Shown: positions 11,185 to 24,800 of the stretch, piece after piece
How positions within the stretch are numbered: the first letter of the stretch is position 1
Layout of the letters: each line of letters begins with the position of its first letter
NCBI RefSeq assembly: GCF_963921235.1
Contig: NC_086097.1
Coordinates: forward strand, 158,474,001-158,538,000
DNA from: Mobula hypostoma
Taxonomy: Eukaryota
DNA: 64,000 bases
Reading direction: 5' to 3'
Made by a program: the position numbers and the translations under genes
Notes under the pieces: model-generated
Database searches by the model: none
Told to the model about the DNA's origin: nothing
What the model saw: the letters and a program-made list of their open reading frames with translations, nothing else

Positions 11185-14100
11185 AAGGAATGACTGGCAC
11201 AAATAGATGAGTTATTAACCAAATGAAAAATTTTACTCCATTGGTTATCTGAAAATGACTCTTGAACTTCCAATTCCCAAGCACGTTTAATTTTATCGTT
11301 AGATATCATTCGTAAATTCAATATCCGTTTATAAATTATAGCTATCAACCCTTTTTGAAGTGGTTTAAGCTGAAAAAGATCATCTGTCATATTAGGTGGA
11401 TAAGCAGAAGGGTAATTTGGCAGCAAACCACATAAAAAAATTCTTAATTTGTAAATATCTAAAGAAATGTACATTAGGTAAACCATATTTATCCACTAAC
11501 TGAGAAAAAGACATTAAACAGTCCCGTAAAAACAAATCTGAAAAAGTCGTTATTCCCTTGGTTTTCCAAATTAAAAACGTCTTATCCAAAATTGATGGTT
11601 TAAAAAAATAATTAAAATGGATATTACAAGAAAGAACAAAATTATTTAACTTAAAGATCTCTAATGCATCTGCGACTACACAACCTCAGGCAGTGTGTTC
11701 CACACACTTGGCACTCCTTGTGTAGAAAAAAAACTTAACTCTGACATCCCCTCTTTAGACTTTCCTCCAATCGTCTTAAAATGATACCCCATCATATTAG
11801 CCATTTCCAATCTGATGAAAAGTCTCTGTCCGCTTGACCTATGCTACTTATCCTCTTGTACAACATTATCAAGTCACCTCTCTTCTGTCTTCACTCCAAA
11901 GAGATAAGCTCTAGCTCGCTTAACCTATCCTCATAAGTCAATCTCTTCAATCCAGACAGCATCCTGGTAAATCTCCTCGGAACCCTCTCTTAAACTTCCA
12001 CATAATTCCTACAATGTAGTATCCAGAACTGAACACGATAGGAAGGTAAAGGATGGTCAAAAGAGCTATTTAAAATCATGCAGGGTATGTAGAATAGATT
12101 GAGAAGAAGCTCTTCCTATTTTTGAATTGATCCTGAAGCTGGCACAATGGTGATTGGCAAGAGTCATAAACCATATAAGGAAAAAAATCTTTTGATAGGT
12201 TAGGGTCTGAAATGCGCAATCAAAGTGCTAATTGTTGCATTTAAAAGTGAGTTGTATAACTATTTGAATAGCGGGAAACCATGGGGCATTGGGGAAAGAT
12301 AGCTAAGAAGTGGACAAGCTGGAATATTTATCGGAAAACTCGTATGATACCTGATTAACTGAACAATCTTCTTTCACACTGTGACAATTTTGTGATGGAT
12401 TGCTATCACTTGTCAATGTACCTGTTCTCATCCAGTTGTGCACAAGCTAGGATGTGACATGAGCATGAACTTGATGGCCTTTCTCCTGCTATAATGTGCT
12501 CCCCCTGTGACTACTATAACCAGGAGGCAGGAGGTATCTGTTTCAGACCCTGCCACTCCCACTCTCAGACTCAGCAGTCTTGAAGACGTATTATTTTAGA
12601 ACAGATTTAGATGGCAGGAAAGCTTCTTTATGGACTGTGAAGTAGAAAATCACTTTGCTTTTGTAATTGCCACCTCTATTGCTGGACCTTTCATATGCAG
12701 TGAGGCTATGTATAAAAGCTGCTGGGCACACTGTGGATGAGAATTCAATGCTTGTTTGATTGTTGCAAAATTGGTGACTGAATATAGCAGGTAGAACAAT
12801 TTAGAACAGTTCAGCACTGGAGTAGTGTCTGTGCCTTACAAGGTACTGAATAAAACTAAATCCCTTCTGCCTGTACGTGATCCATATCCAACCATCCCTG
12901 CATATTCAAGTATTGGTCTAATACCCATCTTTGTTTCCACCACCATCCCTGACAGCCATTCCAGGCTCCTACCACTCTCTCTGTATATTAAAAAAAAAAT
13001 GCCTTGTACTTACACTCCCCCTCCTTCATCTTAAATGACCTCCAGTATTTGACATTTCTACCTTGGCAAACATATTTTGACCGTTAACCCTGCTGCACCT
13101 CTCCTAACTTTATAAACTTCTGTCAGATCTCCCCTCAGCCTTTGATGCTCCAGAGAAAACAACCCATTTGTCCAGCCTCTCCTTATAGCTCATACCCTCT
13201 AATCCAGGCAACATCCTGGTAGACTTTTTCTTCACCCTTTTGAAAATCTCTACGTCCTTAGTGTAATGGGGCAATCAGAAGTAATAACATTTTATACCGG
13301 TACAAAGTTGTTATGTTTTGTAACTCCAAAACATAAAAACTAATTAAAGGAAAACATGGGAAGGCTATAATTCATTTCTAACTTAATTTTTACTTTAAGC
13401 AGGGTGTGGAGGTATGACGTTGGCAGAGTAACGATGCCTGCCATGTATGTACTTTTACACACAACCTGCAATGCATTATGTAAACTACAAAGAATGTTTA
13501 CTCAAATAATGTCTTTACAATTTTACTCAAATATTAAACATGCAACATTACTCCCTGCTTTGCTGTAAAATCCAACTCAGATAGAATGCATCTCAACTAT
13601 ATGCACAGTATACCATATAACACAGATGTCCACAGCATAATAAACATTAAATTGTCCCATTCAGGCCTAAAGATCAAATCACTCTGAAGGCATTCTGACT
13701 CTTGTGGGATAATAACTTTTCTGACTAGTGGTGGGGCGGGGGGTGGTGGGAGCAGGACATCACTCTGCTTGGCAAGAGAGACTCGTGGCTGTAAAACAAT
13801 TTCAGGTTCTGTGGCCTCCTCCATAGTGGTTGTAGAAGTTGATTCTGGGACTACAGGAAAAGTTTCTGACAGCTCTGGACACCTTTTGTCTGGATGTATC
13901 ATTATCCCGAACAGTGCATGGCAAGCTTCACCGGACAATGTGGAACATAACGTGTGAGTACAGTGTCTGACGTCACCATTTCATTAACCTTTTCGAAAGT
14001 CAACTCATGTTTCTTTGTCCATTGACATTTCTTCCCAATCTGTGGTAATGAGTTCAAGAAGTTGAGTACAGTAGCCAGGGTTGGCAGAAACCTGTTATAG

Positions 14101-15569
14101 TAATTGACAAGTTAGAGAAAGACTGCAAATGTGACACATCCTTTGACCTTGGGGCATTTGCCACTGCTTGAATTTTCTCAGCACACTTGTGTAGTTCTTG
14201 TGTGTCAATGCTGTAACCACGGTAAGTGGTCCTTGGTTTAAAGAATTCACACTTTTTGCTTTGAGCTCTGAGCCCCTAATTTTCAAATCTTGTTCATGCG
14301 GTCTCGAGATTTTGGAGGTGTTTCTTGTCATCCTTACTGGGAACAATGATGTCATCCAGGTTGGCCAGAACTGCAGCATCTTGTCCACAGCTTTCTGCTG
14401 GAGTGCAGTGCAGATGCTACTCCAAAAGTAAGCCTATGATAGCAATAAAGCCCTTTGTGAGTGTTTATGGTGAGAAATACTTTAGTCTCTTCTTCCACTG
14501 CCATCTGTAGGTAGTCCTCAGTTAAGTTTACTTTACTGCAGTGTTTTACTACAGAAAGGTTTGCAAAGTTATCCTCTATCCTGGTCAGAGGATATTGATC
14601 CTCTTTCAGTACTGGGCTCATGATGACCTTAAAATCACTACAGATCCTGATGGACCCATTCTTCTTGGCTACTGGAATCACTGCCATTGTCCATGTGCTC
14701 CACTTGACTGTGGAAAGAATTCCGCTTGCTTCCATGTGATCTAACTCAGTAGCTACTTTATCATGGGTGGTGTAAGGAACCAGACAAACTTTCCAAAACT
14801 TGGGTGTGGCATTTTCTTTTAACACTATTTTACCCTTGATAAGTTTGAGTTTTCCAGTGCCATCATTGAAGACTGTTTTGTCATCATCCAGTCCCTTTCT
14901 TAATTGTTTTCATCTAACTCTATTGTGGGGGATGTGGCATGCAAATGGTGGATGGATCTCCAATTAAGTTGTAGTTCGCTCAGCCAGTCACAACACCACA
15001 ATACTGGCCCACCTGTTTTTACAACTTACAAAGCACAATGTGGCTCGTTGGTTGTTGTATTTCACTGTTACAAATGTCACTCCCACAGGTGTTAACCTTC
15101 CCCCAGTGTAAGTTCTTAGTTATACATCTATAGGCTTCAATTTAGTATCTTTGAAATGCCATTCAAAATCATTTGTGGAATGACTGAAACAGCCAGGCCA
15201 GTGTCTAATTCTATGTTGGTTAATTTGCTGTTCACTTCTGGTGTAAGCTACTGTATATTTCTTGTCTATTGTTAGTTTTTACATTGTAATTCTCAAGAGT
15301 ACTCATTCCTACGTCACTGTCATCATTATCAGATTTTTCATCAACAGCATGCAGATTAGTGCTCTTTTTAAAAGTGCAACCTGACTTTTTATCTTTTTCT
15401 CTTCCCTGTGCAGTCCATTTATTTTTTCTGGCTGACGTGCTTTTTGTGTGTGTCCTACTTGGTTGCATTTTCTGCAAGTTTCTCCTTTAAACCAACATTG
15501 ATCTGGTGTATGTTAGCCCTGCCATAACAATAACACAATTTGTTTGTCCAGGCCAGCTTCCGTTAAGAC

Positions 15570-15649
15570 CAGGAGTTCCCAACTTGGGGTCCAGGGACTC
15601 CTTGCTTAATGGTATTGGCCCATGGTATAAAAACGGTTGAAAATTCTTG
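15570..15649. mobile_element. ~80-bp hAT-type MITE inside gag
   Basis: Ends CAGGAGTTCCCAAC and GTTGAAAATTCTTG form imperfect hAT-like TIRs. TSD is not convincing. Confidence 0.55.
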
Positions 15650-16484
15650 ATTGACATATTATAATTTTGTCACGCTCACTTTCATTCCTCACTGCAACTC
15701 AGTTGCGTCTCTGACTACAGTTTCCATTGATACAGCTACTTCAGCTGCTCTTTTAAATGTAAGATGTGCCTCAGTTAGGAGTCATTTTTGGCTGCGTTCT
15801 TATAAGATTTCACAAACTAAACAATCTCTCTGTGCATCATTAAGCCCATCACTGTCAATGCTCAGACAATCTCTTCAACTCAGCCATGGATCCCCTTCGT
15901 CTTTATTCTGCTTGGGAAACCTAAAATGTTCTGCAATCAACAATGGTTCTAAATGTTTTTGCTTTAATTTCACAATATCACCAAAGCTCATTTTGGCTGG
16001 TTTGGTTGGAGCATTCAAACTGCTAAGAAAACTGTATGCCTTTAAATCCAATGTAATCACAAAAATTAACACTCACTTCTGATTGGCCAATCCTTTTGCT
16101 TTAACCGCTCAGTTGCCTTCATGTGCCATATCCAGTTATCTGTTGTGTAATCATATGAGTTTATTTTTTCCTAGTAGTGAGCCGCTTCTGCTCTTTTTAT
16201 CTGATTATTATCACCTGTTACCCACTGTTTATGTAGCTGTGAATTCTTCCATTTTCTGCTTTTATGTTAACTTGATCGCCTTTTGTTTCATGAACGGAAT
16301 TGCTGCCATGAAGAGAAAACATGTTGCACTTTTGTAGTGTCCTCTACTGTTTCTTGCTGCGCTTTAAAAAAAGCACAGATGTTTCACTGTACTTCAGCAG
16401 GTTGGTAATCATCTTGGTTCCTTTTAAAAATGCTTTGTCACCACGATTATGTTTTATAACTCCAAAATATTAAAGCTAATTGTC

Positions 16485-16768
16485 TTTTTAACTATTTCTT
16501 TATTTAAGAAAATACAGCATGGAATAGGCCCTTCTGGGGCCCTTGGAGCTGCGCTGTCCAGCAATCCCCTGATTTAATCCTAGCCTAATCACGGGATAAT
16601 TTACAATGACCAATTAACCAAGTACAATACCTCTTTGGATTGTGGGAGCTAACGGGAGCACCTGGATGAAACCAATACGGCCACAGGGAAAGTATACAAA
16701 TTCCTTATTGGTAGTGGCTGGAATTGAAGCTGGTACTGTAAAGTCTTCTGCTAACCATTACGCTACCA
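16485..16768 (-). mobile_element. tRNA-derived V-SINE (HE1-like) inserted in the Gypsy 5' LTR
   Basis: Minus strand shows A-box GGTAGCGTAATGGTTAGC, V-domain-like GGTTTCATCCAGGTGCTCCCGTTAGCTCCCACAATCCAAAGA, and CR1-type tail GGGCCTATTCCATGCTGTAT. Absent from the other LTR. Confidence 0.85.
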
Positions 16769-17057
16769 GGCTGCTCTTACTCCAAGCGAGGCGCGTACGT
16801 TTGGCACGGTGGCGTAATGATGTATGCTGTTTACATAATTTAAACTATAACCTACAATGCGTTATGTAAACAACAAAGAGTGCCTCATCAAACAATGTAT
16901 TTATAATATTACTGAAATATTAAATACGTAACAAATGTGACTTCCCAACCCTTGTACATAATGCTCCAACCAATGGGGGCACATCATATGCTTTCTTTAC
17001 ACTCTTTCTGATTCCATTGTCACTTTCAGTGAGCTATGATCTTGAACCCCAATATTC

Positions 17058-17812
17058 CTAGGAAACAGTCCATGAGCAGGGTGAGTGCGTACCTTCATGA
17101 TATTGCCTGCCTTTTTCTGGCATCTTTCTCTATACATGTCCCCGATGGCAGTTTGGCTAGTGCTTGGGCAATTTTGACTACCCATTGTAAAGCCTTCCTG
17201 CCAGCTGCAGTGCAGTTTCCATACTGTGCAGTGATGCAGCGTTAGGAATCTCTCTACTGCACATCTTTAGAGATTGTGAGTATTGGTGTGTATAGTCCAG
17301 CTCTCTTCAGTCTCCTCAGAAAGTGGAGTTGTTGGTGAACTTTCTTGATTGTGTAGGATGTGTTCTTAGACCATGAGGTTGTGCGAGATGTATACTCCCA
17401 GGAGTTTGAAACTGCTTGCAGGCTCTGCTCCTTGCCGCCGATGTAAAGAGTGGTGCAAGTTCTCCTGAAGTCATTAAGCATCTCCTTTGTCCTGTGGATA
17501 TTGAAGAAGAGGTTATTTGCCTGGCACTAGGTCTCGAGCTCTCCCATGTCCTCTCTGTAGGCTGTCTTATTGTTGTTGGTGATGAGCTTTAAGACCGTCA
17601 TGTCATCAGCAAACTTGGCAATGTGATTACTTGGGTGTTTGGCCATGTAGTCGTGTGTGAGCAGAATGTACAGTATTGGGCTGAGCACACAGCCCTGGGG
17701 GGTTGGGATGTGACCTGTGTTGAAGATTAATGGGAAGAAAGAGTGGTTGTGCATCTTGACTGATCTAAGATATGTTGGTTAGGAAGTCCAATACCCAGTT
17801 GCACAGTGATGT
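17058..17812 (-). mobile_element. Rex1/Babar LINE RT fragment
   Basis: PQGCVLSPILYILLTHD...KFADD, KKVHQQLHFLRRLKRA and HPAHGLF motifs in ORFs 17527-17754, 17254-17481 and 16997-17185. Confidence 0.9.
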
Positions 17813-18894
17813 TAATAGTAACTGCAGGACAACAATATACTAAATGGTTTTTTAATGTATGAACATAATATGTAGTATAAACTGTTTTTCCTCAAATGAA
17901 TATGCCCTATTGATTTTCATAAATGTTTAATATTTTTAAAATTAAGTCCATTACAGAATTTTATTTGTCCTTTCTGCAACTCGGAGGCAATGTTAGACGT
18001 TCAGCTGAAGCGTTAAACTAACCCAAATAATCTGACTTTATGTGTTGCTGTAAACTGTATATATTGTTTATTCATCAATAAATATCTATTTATTTCTCAT
18101 TGTAATGCCATCAATCCATCGCTGCAGTCATCTGTGTGAAGGATTATGGCATTTCTGTTCCTTTGCTGCTTAGTGTAATTGAAAAATTGAACATTATTGA
18201 AAATAGTATCACTAATCTAACAGCAATAACTGACAAATGTATTGGGCAGGCACAGGACTGAATCTTACCATTACCCTTGGCAGGATTCAAAATTAAGATC
18301 AAATGATCGTCAGTGGATTAGTGAGAAGCCGAGCTGAATTGTCATTCTCATACATCCTTCAATTAATGATTCAGTTGTTGGTTGGTAGGAATTTTATGAC
18401 GATTCAGAAGATTAGCTGGTAAATTAACCTGCAGATCATGGTACTAATCTTAAGCTTTGTGTGAACTCGTTTCTACATGTTGTTTATGCTAATGCATTCT
18501 TTGGTGGGCTCCCTGTGGTGCAATTAGCTCCTCTGAATCTGCACTAATCACACTGCAATTTACAATCTCAGAGTTTCTGATCATACCACAAAGCAGTTAC
18601 TGAATGTCAGCATGAAGTCTTCCTAGCCTAATTTCTGTCAAGGAAGCGCTTAGAAAAGTCTGTGGATATTTTATCGTTAATGCATATGTCAGTAGGGTTA
18701 GACCTGCAAGAGCAGAAGGCTTGGAATCTTCTCTTCTCCCACTCCATGTGTTCTCTATTGTTCTGTTAGGCACTGATCTGCTTGACTGTGTGTTGCACCC
18801 TGCATCACACCTAGTTCATCTGGTGTAAAATAACCTCATTCATGTCTTTTTATCGTTTGATTGTTTCAGCTCTCCTAGTTGGCTGTTCCATCCC

Positions 18895-19172
18895 ACATAT
18901 TTATTTATTGTGGAATTGGGCCTTCCGGTCCTTTGAGACGGGCAGCCCAGCAATCTCCCGTCACAATCCTCGCCTAATTACGGGACAATTTACAAACGAC
19001 CTATTAACCTACCAACCAGTATGTTTTTGAACTGTGGGAGGAAACCAGAACACCCAGAGGTAGCCCACAGGATGTTGGGGAGAATGTACAAAGTCCTTAG
19101 AGGCAGTGGTGGGATTGGACCCGGCTTGCTGGTACAGTAAAGCGCTGTGCTAACCACTATGCTACCTTGCCA
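18895..19172 (-). mobile_element. tRNA-derived V-SINE (HE1-like)
   Basis: Homologous to 16485-16768. A-box GGTAGCATAGTGGTTAGC and V-domain GGGTGTTCTGGTTTCCTCCCACAGTTCAAAAAC on the minus strand. Confidence 0.85.
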
Positions 19173-19869
19173 CTCTAAAGCATGAGCATGTCTGCCCCTA
19201 TTTCAGCTTGCAAGAAGTTCCATTTACCCATAACCACTGACCCACTCTCCCACATTGGCTTCCACTCTGACAGTTGCTCAGCTTCACGATCCTCAGATTT
19301 GTTTTGAATCCTTCAGCATCCACATCTGGAAACAAGCCTCTGATCGAAACCTAAATTGCAATCCTAATATTGCTTCATGTGAGTCCCTGTTGGATGTTGT
19401 TTGAGAATTGTTACATCCTGAAGCAGTCTTTGACTAGAGATTTAATACTATGCTTTATCACTCTCCTAGTTTCTGATCTAATCCGAAAAGCAGTTATTAT
19501 ATTGAAGGAACTACAGTAGTGACCATTGCACATTGTTGTGGTTGTCATTGTAATGCATAGAAATGTTGACGCATTATCAACCTGTAATGTCTATCAAGTA
19601 AATTTACCCATTTCATCCCTAAATGCCATCAACTCACTGCCTTCCTCTGGATCATCCAATCTTGACGTTTCAACCACTAGGAATTATTTTCAGAAAAGCA
19701 AAAGCCCCAAATTTGAGACTAACTGTGAACCCTTGTACTTGTTACTCACCTAGATCAGTTACCTTGTGCCATTCCCCTAGTGAAAATTTGCTTTTAACTC
19801 TATGATATGGGGCCCTGCACAGCAACAAGGTATACAGCGGTGTAAGTGGCCTCATATGGATGATAAGTG

Positions 19870-20320
19870 GTAATTATGATTGTCACATGTACTGATATAG
19901 ATTTACCATACATAAGGACATTGGATTAGTACAAAATGAAACCAGTAATAAAATGCAGAATATAATGTTACAGAGAAAGTGCAGCCAGGTAGACAAACAA
20001 AATGCAAGGGCCATAATGAGGTAGTTTGAGAGATCATGAGTATCATACAAGAGGTCAGTTCAAGTGTCTTATTACAGTGGGATAAAAGCTGTCATTGAGC
20101 CTGGTGGTACATGTTCTCAAGCTTTTTTACCTCCTGCCTGATAGGAAGAGGGAGAAGGGAGAATGGCCATGGTGAGAGGGGTCCTTGATGTTATTGACCA
20201 TTTTCCTGAGGCAGTGGGATGTGTAGACAAAGTCAACAGATGGGAATATGGTTTTCACGATGGACTGGGTTGCATTCATAAACCTCTGCAGTTTCTTGCA
20301 GTCTTGAATGGGTGAAGTAG
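19870..20320 (-). mobile_element. Rex1/Babar LINE 3' end
   Basis: QDCKKLQR...IKDPSHHGHSPFSLFLSGRR in ORF 20127-20390, followed by 3' UTR. Confidence 0.8.
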
Positions 20321-21199
20321 TTGGTGGTGGAGATGCAGAACAAGCACAGGTAGAAAAAGAGCTGAAGAAAATGTTTTGATGATTGGCCAAGTGACATCTT
20401 CCAGCTTAGGCAGCTATTTAAATCGTCATAAGTACTGAATGTTTCTGGCATTCTCATACATTCAAACCCAATTAAAAACTGTGAAACAGCCTTCAAGCTA
20501 TTTAAAAAAAAGATTAAAACATTAAAACTCATTTAAAACAATCTAAGATACTAGCAACTTAATTATACTGTATGTGCCTGTTATATTCCATTGAAAACAA
20601 TGGAGAACAAATCTCTGCAGCTGTACTGATGGTTCAGCTGGTCTCCTTGCTGTTAATGGAGAAGGACTGTCATAACAGTGTGCTGTCTTGCTCCGTGTGG
20701 AGTTCAATAGCAGAGTGCATTTCCGAAAAGAACTCTGAAAAGCGAATTAAGGGACTGACCAAATGTGTGTGAAAATCTCAAAGCTGCTGTCAACTAACAT
20801 GGGAAACTGTTGCCAGTGTTTCCTGTAGAATCCAGTCCAGGCACATGAATTATGTGATGCAATACATAGCATTCCTCTAATGGCAAATAAGCAGTGTGTT
20901 TTCAACTTTTTACCTTTGCATTTTCTCCCTTTCGGCCATATTCAATTGAGTTTGTAAAATCGTGATATTAGTCCTTGTAAAATTAATGAGGGTGTGGAAT
21001 TGCTGTGTGATCTGCAATACCATCAATGGGCCAATTGGCTTATTTTATTTTGTTGGAAATTATAGAATATGAGACACAACATACAGCCAACTCCTGCCTT
21101 GAACTCTAACCAGCTTGAATGAGGGGTGTTGTAAAGTTATTGCTGCACCAATCCATTCAGCATCTTGATGTGCAGGTTAGTGTAAGCTTAACCCTGGCC

Positions 21200-21870
21200 G
21201 ACAGAGAAATACAGTACTGAAACAGGCCCTTGAGCCCAACTCATTCCTGCTGACCAAGAATTCCATCTAAGTCCCACTTACATCAATATCCTTGTAAACT
21301 TTTTCCATCCATGTACCTGTCCGAATGTCTTTGGAATGTTGTTGTATCTTCCTCAAACATTTCATCTGTCAGCTTGTTTAATCTATAGGCCACCTTCTTG
21401 GTGTGTAGTTTATCCTTCAGGTTCCTATTAAATCTTTCCCCCCTCCCACCTGCAAACTATCCCCTTTAAGTTTTGATTTCTGGACCCTTGATCCCCCTCC
21501 CCAATGTTGCAAGTTTTAATGAATGAGTGAAATTCATAATCGTTTTCTGTTCTCACATTTTAAAGATTCAGGATTGCTCAGTGTCATTTCCAGTACACAA
21601 GTGGAAAGGGGAATAAAATAATTGTTACTCCGGATCAGATGCAGCACAAAAAACACCAGAAGATAAAGAACACAATAAAAAACACAATAGAGACAGATAA
21701 GTTATTACAATTAAAAGGCATTTTGGTCACTGCTTATATTGGAAAGGCATAAGTATAATAGCCTAACACAAATGGGCTTAGCATAGATGGGCATCATGGT
21801 TGGTATAGATAATATGGGCCAAAAGGAATTGTTTTTATGCTCGTCAGTTCTATGACTCTATGATTCTATG
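21200..21870. mobile_element. Cluster of short LINE 3' tails: CR1 (-) ~21200-21500, Rex1-type (-) ~21560-21695, CR1 (+) ~21700-21870
   Basis: Recognisable tails ACAGTACTGAAACAGGCCCT, AAGATTCAGGATTG...GTGTCATTT and TTCTATGACTCTATGATTCTATG. Confidence 0.65.
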
Positions 21871-24800
21871 AATATTTTAACATTGCTAAGTCTAGCATTC
21901 ATTGACCAAGCCACTGAGAATCTTTAACATTTTGGACATGTTGTCATCAAGTAGAAATTTTGTGTAATATTCCCTGTGGCGTGATCATTGCCAATTTTCA
22001 TTTGATTGCTGGAGGAGGGAAGAGTGTTTTTTTTATGTAAAAATCATTGCAATCTTATTTTAGTACATTATTGTGGAAAGAATGAATCATTATTAAACTA
22101 ATCAACATCTTAAGTTAGAAAGTAAAGTTTTATGTTTCCTGTCGATTGAAATCAAGCTTTCAGACATTTGAGATAGTTAGCTAGAGGTGTTGAGTTTGAC
22201 TGGCATCTGTTCTGACTTTGCTTTCTGTATATTTAATAGCCTTGCTATATTTTAATGATCCTGCTGAGGAACTCGTAATTAATTCCTTTTCAGCAGAACT
22301 CATTTGAAGTTGAGTCACATATACAAATGAAGATATACATTTTTCTTTGGCGATCTTAAATTCCTATCCAAAAGGCTACATCACGTGGTGATCATTCTGA
22401 CTGGTAGTTGGATATTTGAATGAGGAGGGCTTTATTGCCACCTCCAACAATACTGTAACTACTGTCTGCATCCCAAACATGACAAGCAATAACCAGTTTG
22501 ACTTTTCTTTCTTAATCACACTTTTTAGGACTGTCAAGGTCAAACTGTAATGCCTTGAATTGTGTCAGCACAGGGATCAACTAAATCTACAGCAACGGGG
22601 TTCGTATCTACAAACAAACCATCTGAGATATTTTATCAGAATTTCTGGACTGTGAGAATTTATTATCCATTGCCAAAATGATTACGAAGCAATAACGGCG
22701 TCAGATAAAAGATGCTGCTTTGCTATTGTGATGTTTTGTCTGTGATGACTGTCCCTTCTCTTGCACTAAATCAACAGCACTGCTGGAGAACATTCAATTG
22801 GGATGATTGAGCTAAATCTGAGATCTATTTTCTTGAACAGCTTACACACTATTTAATGTTCAACGTGAAGCATTTCATGTAATGCAATAAAATTTGTGAG
22901 ATTGAATTTTATGTTACATTTCATACAAGAGTGTTTGAAGCTGGTTACTTCTCGAATTGCAGCTAAAGTTTATTTCGTGAAATTGAGCAGAATTTCTTTC
23001 GAATTGTATCGAGCCACATGTGACCTGAAAGTAGATTAATCTAGTTAGCATATGTATTGTATTTTGTAGATTGTACAGACCATAACCAAGGTGTCCTGGT
23101 GGTGAGAGAAGTGAGTCATTGTCAATCAAGTAGCTTGATTTGCTCCGCTATTAAGCTGCTTGAGTGTTGTTCGTGTTTCCCTCATCTAGGCAGATGAAGA
23201 GTATCCCTATTATTAAAAAATGGAAGTTGAATGGCAGGAGGGTCATTTTTGGAGGTTTGCAGGTGCTTGTGCTCATAAGACTCTGCGGCTGTCATGTGAT
23301 CATACATTCACCGACATCATCACCTGCTAAGCAATAGAGATGAAAGGGCATCCCCACAAACCAAAAATAATATTTCCTACGTACTTTGTAGATTGAATAA
23401 AAGAAGTAATCTTGAATTCACAGAATAGTTTTGATGTGTTTCCAAAGAGTAAAGGAATAAAACACTGTGTAAACAGTATACAGCAGTGTTTAACATTTTA
23501 AGTTGACTTTCACCTTTGGGCTGGGACTGCAATGCTGGGTGAGCAGAATACATGATGTATGTTTCTGACTTACAAACAGAAATTGGACTGCAAGATCCTG
23601 AGATGGCTCACCAACATTTAAACAAGGAGTGCAGAATTTGAGAACTGTTTGTGAATTAAAGGATGTTGATTCTACTTTCACTAACTTCCCACGTTGATTT
23701 ATCAATGCTGCATTTTGGCAGACAGATGGACTAAAAAGACCGCAGCTTCTTTGGAACTGATGTATGGCACACAGCCCAGCTGTGCTGCTTCATATTCTGG
23801 GCATCTTTGTGCAACTGAGGCAATAAATGCACAATGACGGAATTCTGATTACCACCTGAATGGCTAAAGTTGTGGGTTTCCTGCTTTCAGGAGCAGTGTG
23901 CCCACATTACAGCCCATGTCAAAGATAAGAGGCAGTGCCAATCCTTGAAATGAAGGATAATATACTGAAACAGGATTTCATGCTGTTGATTTATGCATAA
24001 TGATGCAATTGGTAAGTAAGGAAACTTTCAAAGCTTAATGTTTTAAAGGAATAAGAGTTTGGTACAATTGCCCATCAGTAAATCTGTCAAAATGTTTATA
24101 AAAGCTACAGTTTGTATGAAATGTATCAGGTGCTCTCTCTTAAGCAATAGTATGAGAACGGTTCCCAATGAATAGTATCTACTTGACGTTCTATCTCAGT
24201 GGTTTACCTTGCTAACTCAGTGTACAATCTGGGTCAGTTAAATAACAGAAGTGTTTATTCCTCCTTCCCCCACACATATTCTCGTTCTTGGTTTCTGTTT
24301 GTTAATTTAGTCATTTAATCATTTAACAAGATTGAAGTTGACACTGAAACAGATGAAGATATCCAAGCTGAGACTTGTTGCTCTCTCTTTGCTTTACGTT
24401 GTCTGATTGCCAAAAATATTTTTTCTGTATCCCTTGTGAAAGGGATGACCTCAGCCATTTTGGAGGTTAACTTCTGACCAACTCACCAGACTGAGTGAAT
24501 CCTGTTTTGTTCAGTTTCTTTGGTAACTCAGATGTCTTGATGCAAAAGCCACTTATTTTCATCTATTCACTGACATTTGGATTGTGTGATCCTGCTTGGG
24601 TCAAAAGTCATGTGGTTTTGACAGCTACATCAACAATCAAATGGAGGGGATTGGTTTTAATTCATTCCATCATGCCTTCAATAATCAGTAGATAGTTAGG
24701 AGAGCGATTGGTCCCATTAATGTGCATGTTGAGTGAATGAGCTAAATTGAAATTAAGATGTTAAGATAATGCTTGTATTAGAACAGTTTGTGCAGTGACT

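Larger units (their letters stand above)
10212..11649 (-). mobile_element. 5'-truncated L1 (ORF2 C-terminus, 3' UTR, A-rich tail)
   Basis: ORFs 11392-11589, 11178-11486 and 10477-10974 encode an L1 ORF2 C-terminus with CDRC...HMFWSC zinc knuckle. T-rich end at 10212-10240. TSD CTTAAAGA(C/T)CTCT at 10199-10211 and 11650-11662. Confidence 0.9.
10066..12040 (-). mobile_element. CR1 3' fragment interrupted by an L1
   Basis: Minus-strand CR1 tail at 10066-10211 continues at 11650-12040 (ATCCAGAACTGAACAC reads VQFW on the minus strand). Confidence 0.75.
9865..12400 (+). mobile_element. Old CR1 fragment, host of a nested insertion stack
   Basis: Plus-strand CR1 C-terminal sequence at 9865-10065 resumes collinearly at ~12042-12400. 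Confidence 0.6.
13309..16933 (-). mobile_element. Gypsy LTR retrotransposon, two LTRs, decayed and internally deleted
   Basis: LTRs at 13309-13547 (TG...CA) and ~16445-16933. PBS-like TGGTGACAAAGCAT next to the right LTR and purine tract GCAGGGAGTAA next to the left LTR (both minus strand). Gag (APTKPAKMSFGDIV...LLIAEHFRF), CCHC knuckle ~15450-15535, protease IELDTGLAVSVI ~15180-15215, RT ORF 14352-14825. Most of RNase H and integrase is missing. Confidence 0.9.
12792..17052 (-). mobile_element. CR1 3' fragment split by the Gypsy element
   Basis: Minus-strand CR1 at 12792-13308 resumes collinearly at 16934-17052 (GTGACTTCCCAACCCTTGTAC...CTTGAACCCCA). Confidence 0.75.

Noticed and set aside
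13305..16937. TSD of the Gypsy element
   Set aside because: Flanks AAGT and AATG do not match, so no TSD is claimed.
23891..24011. Exon candidate with good splice signals (CTGCTTTCAG ... G/GTAAGT)
   Set aside because: All three frames contain stops. It could only be non-coding, and such site pairs arise by chance.
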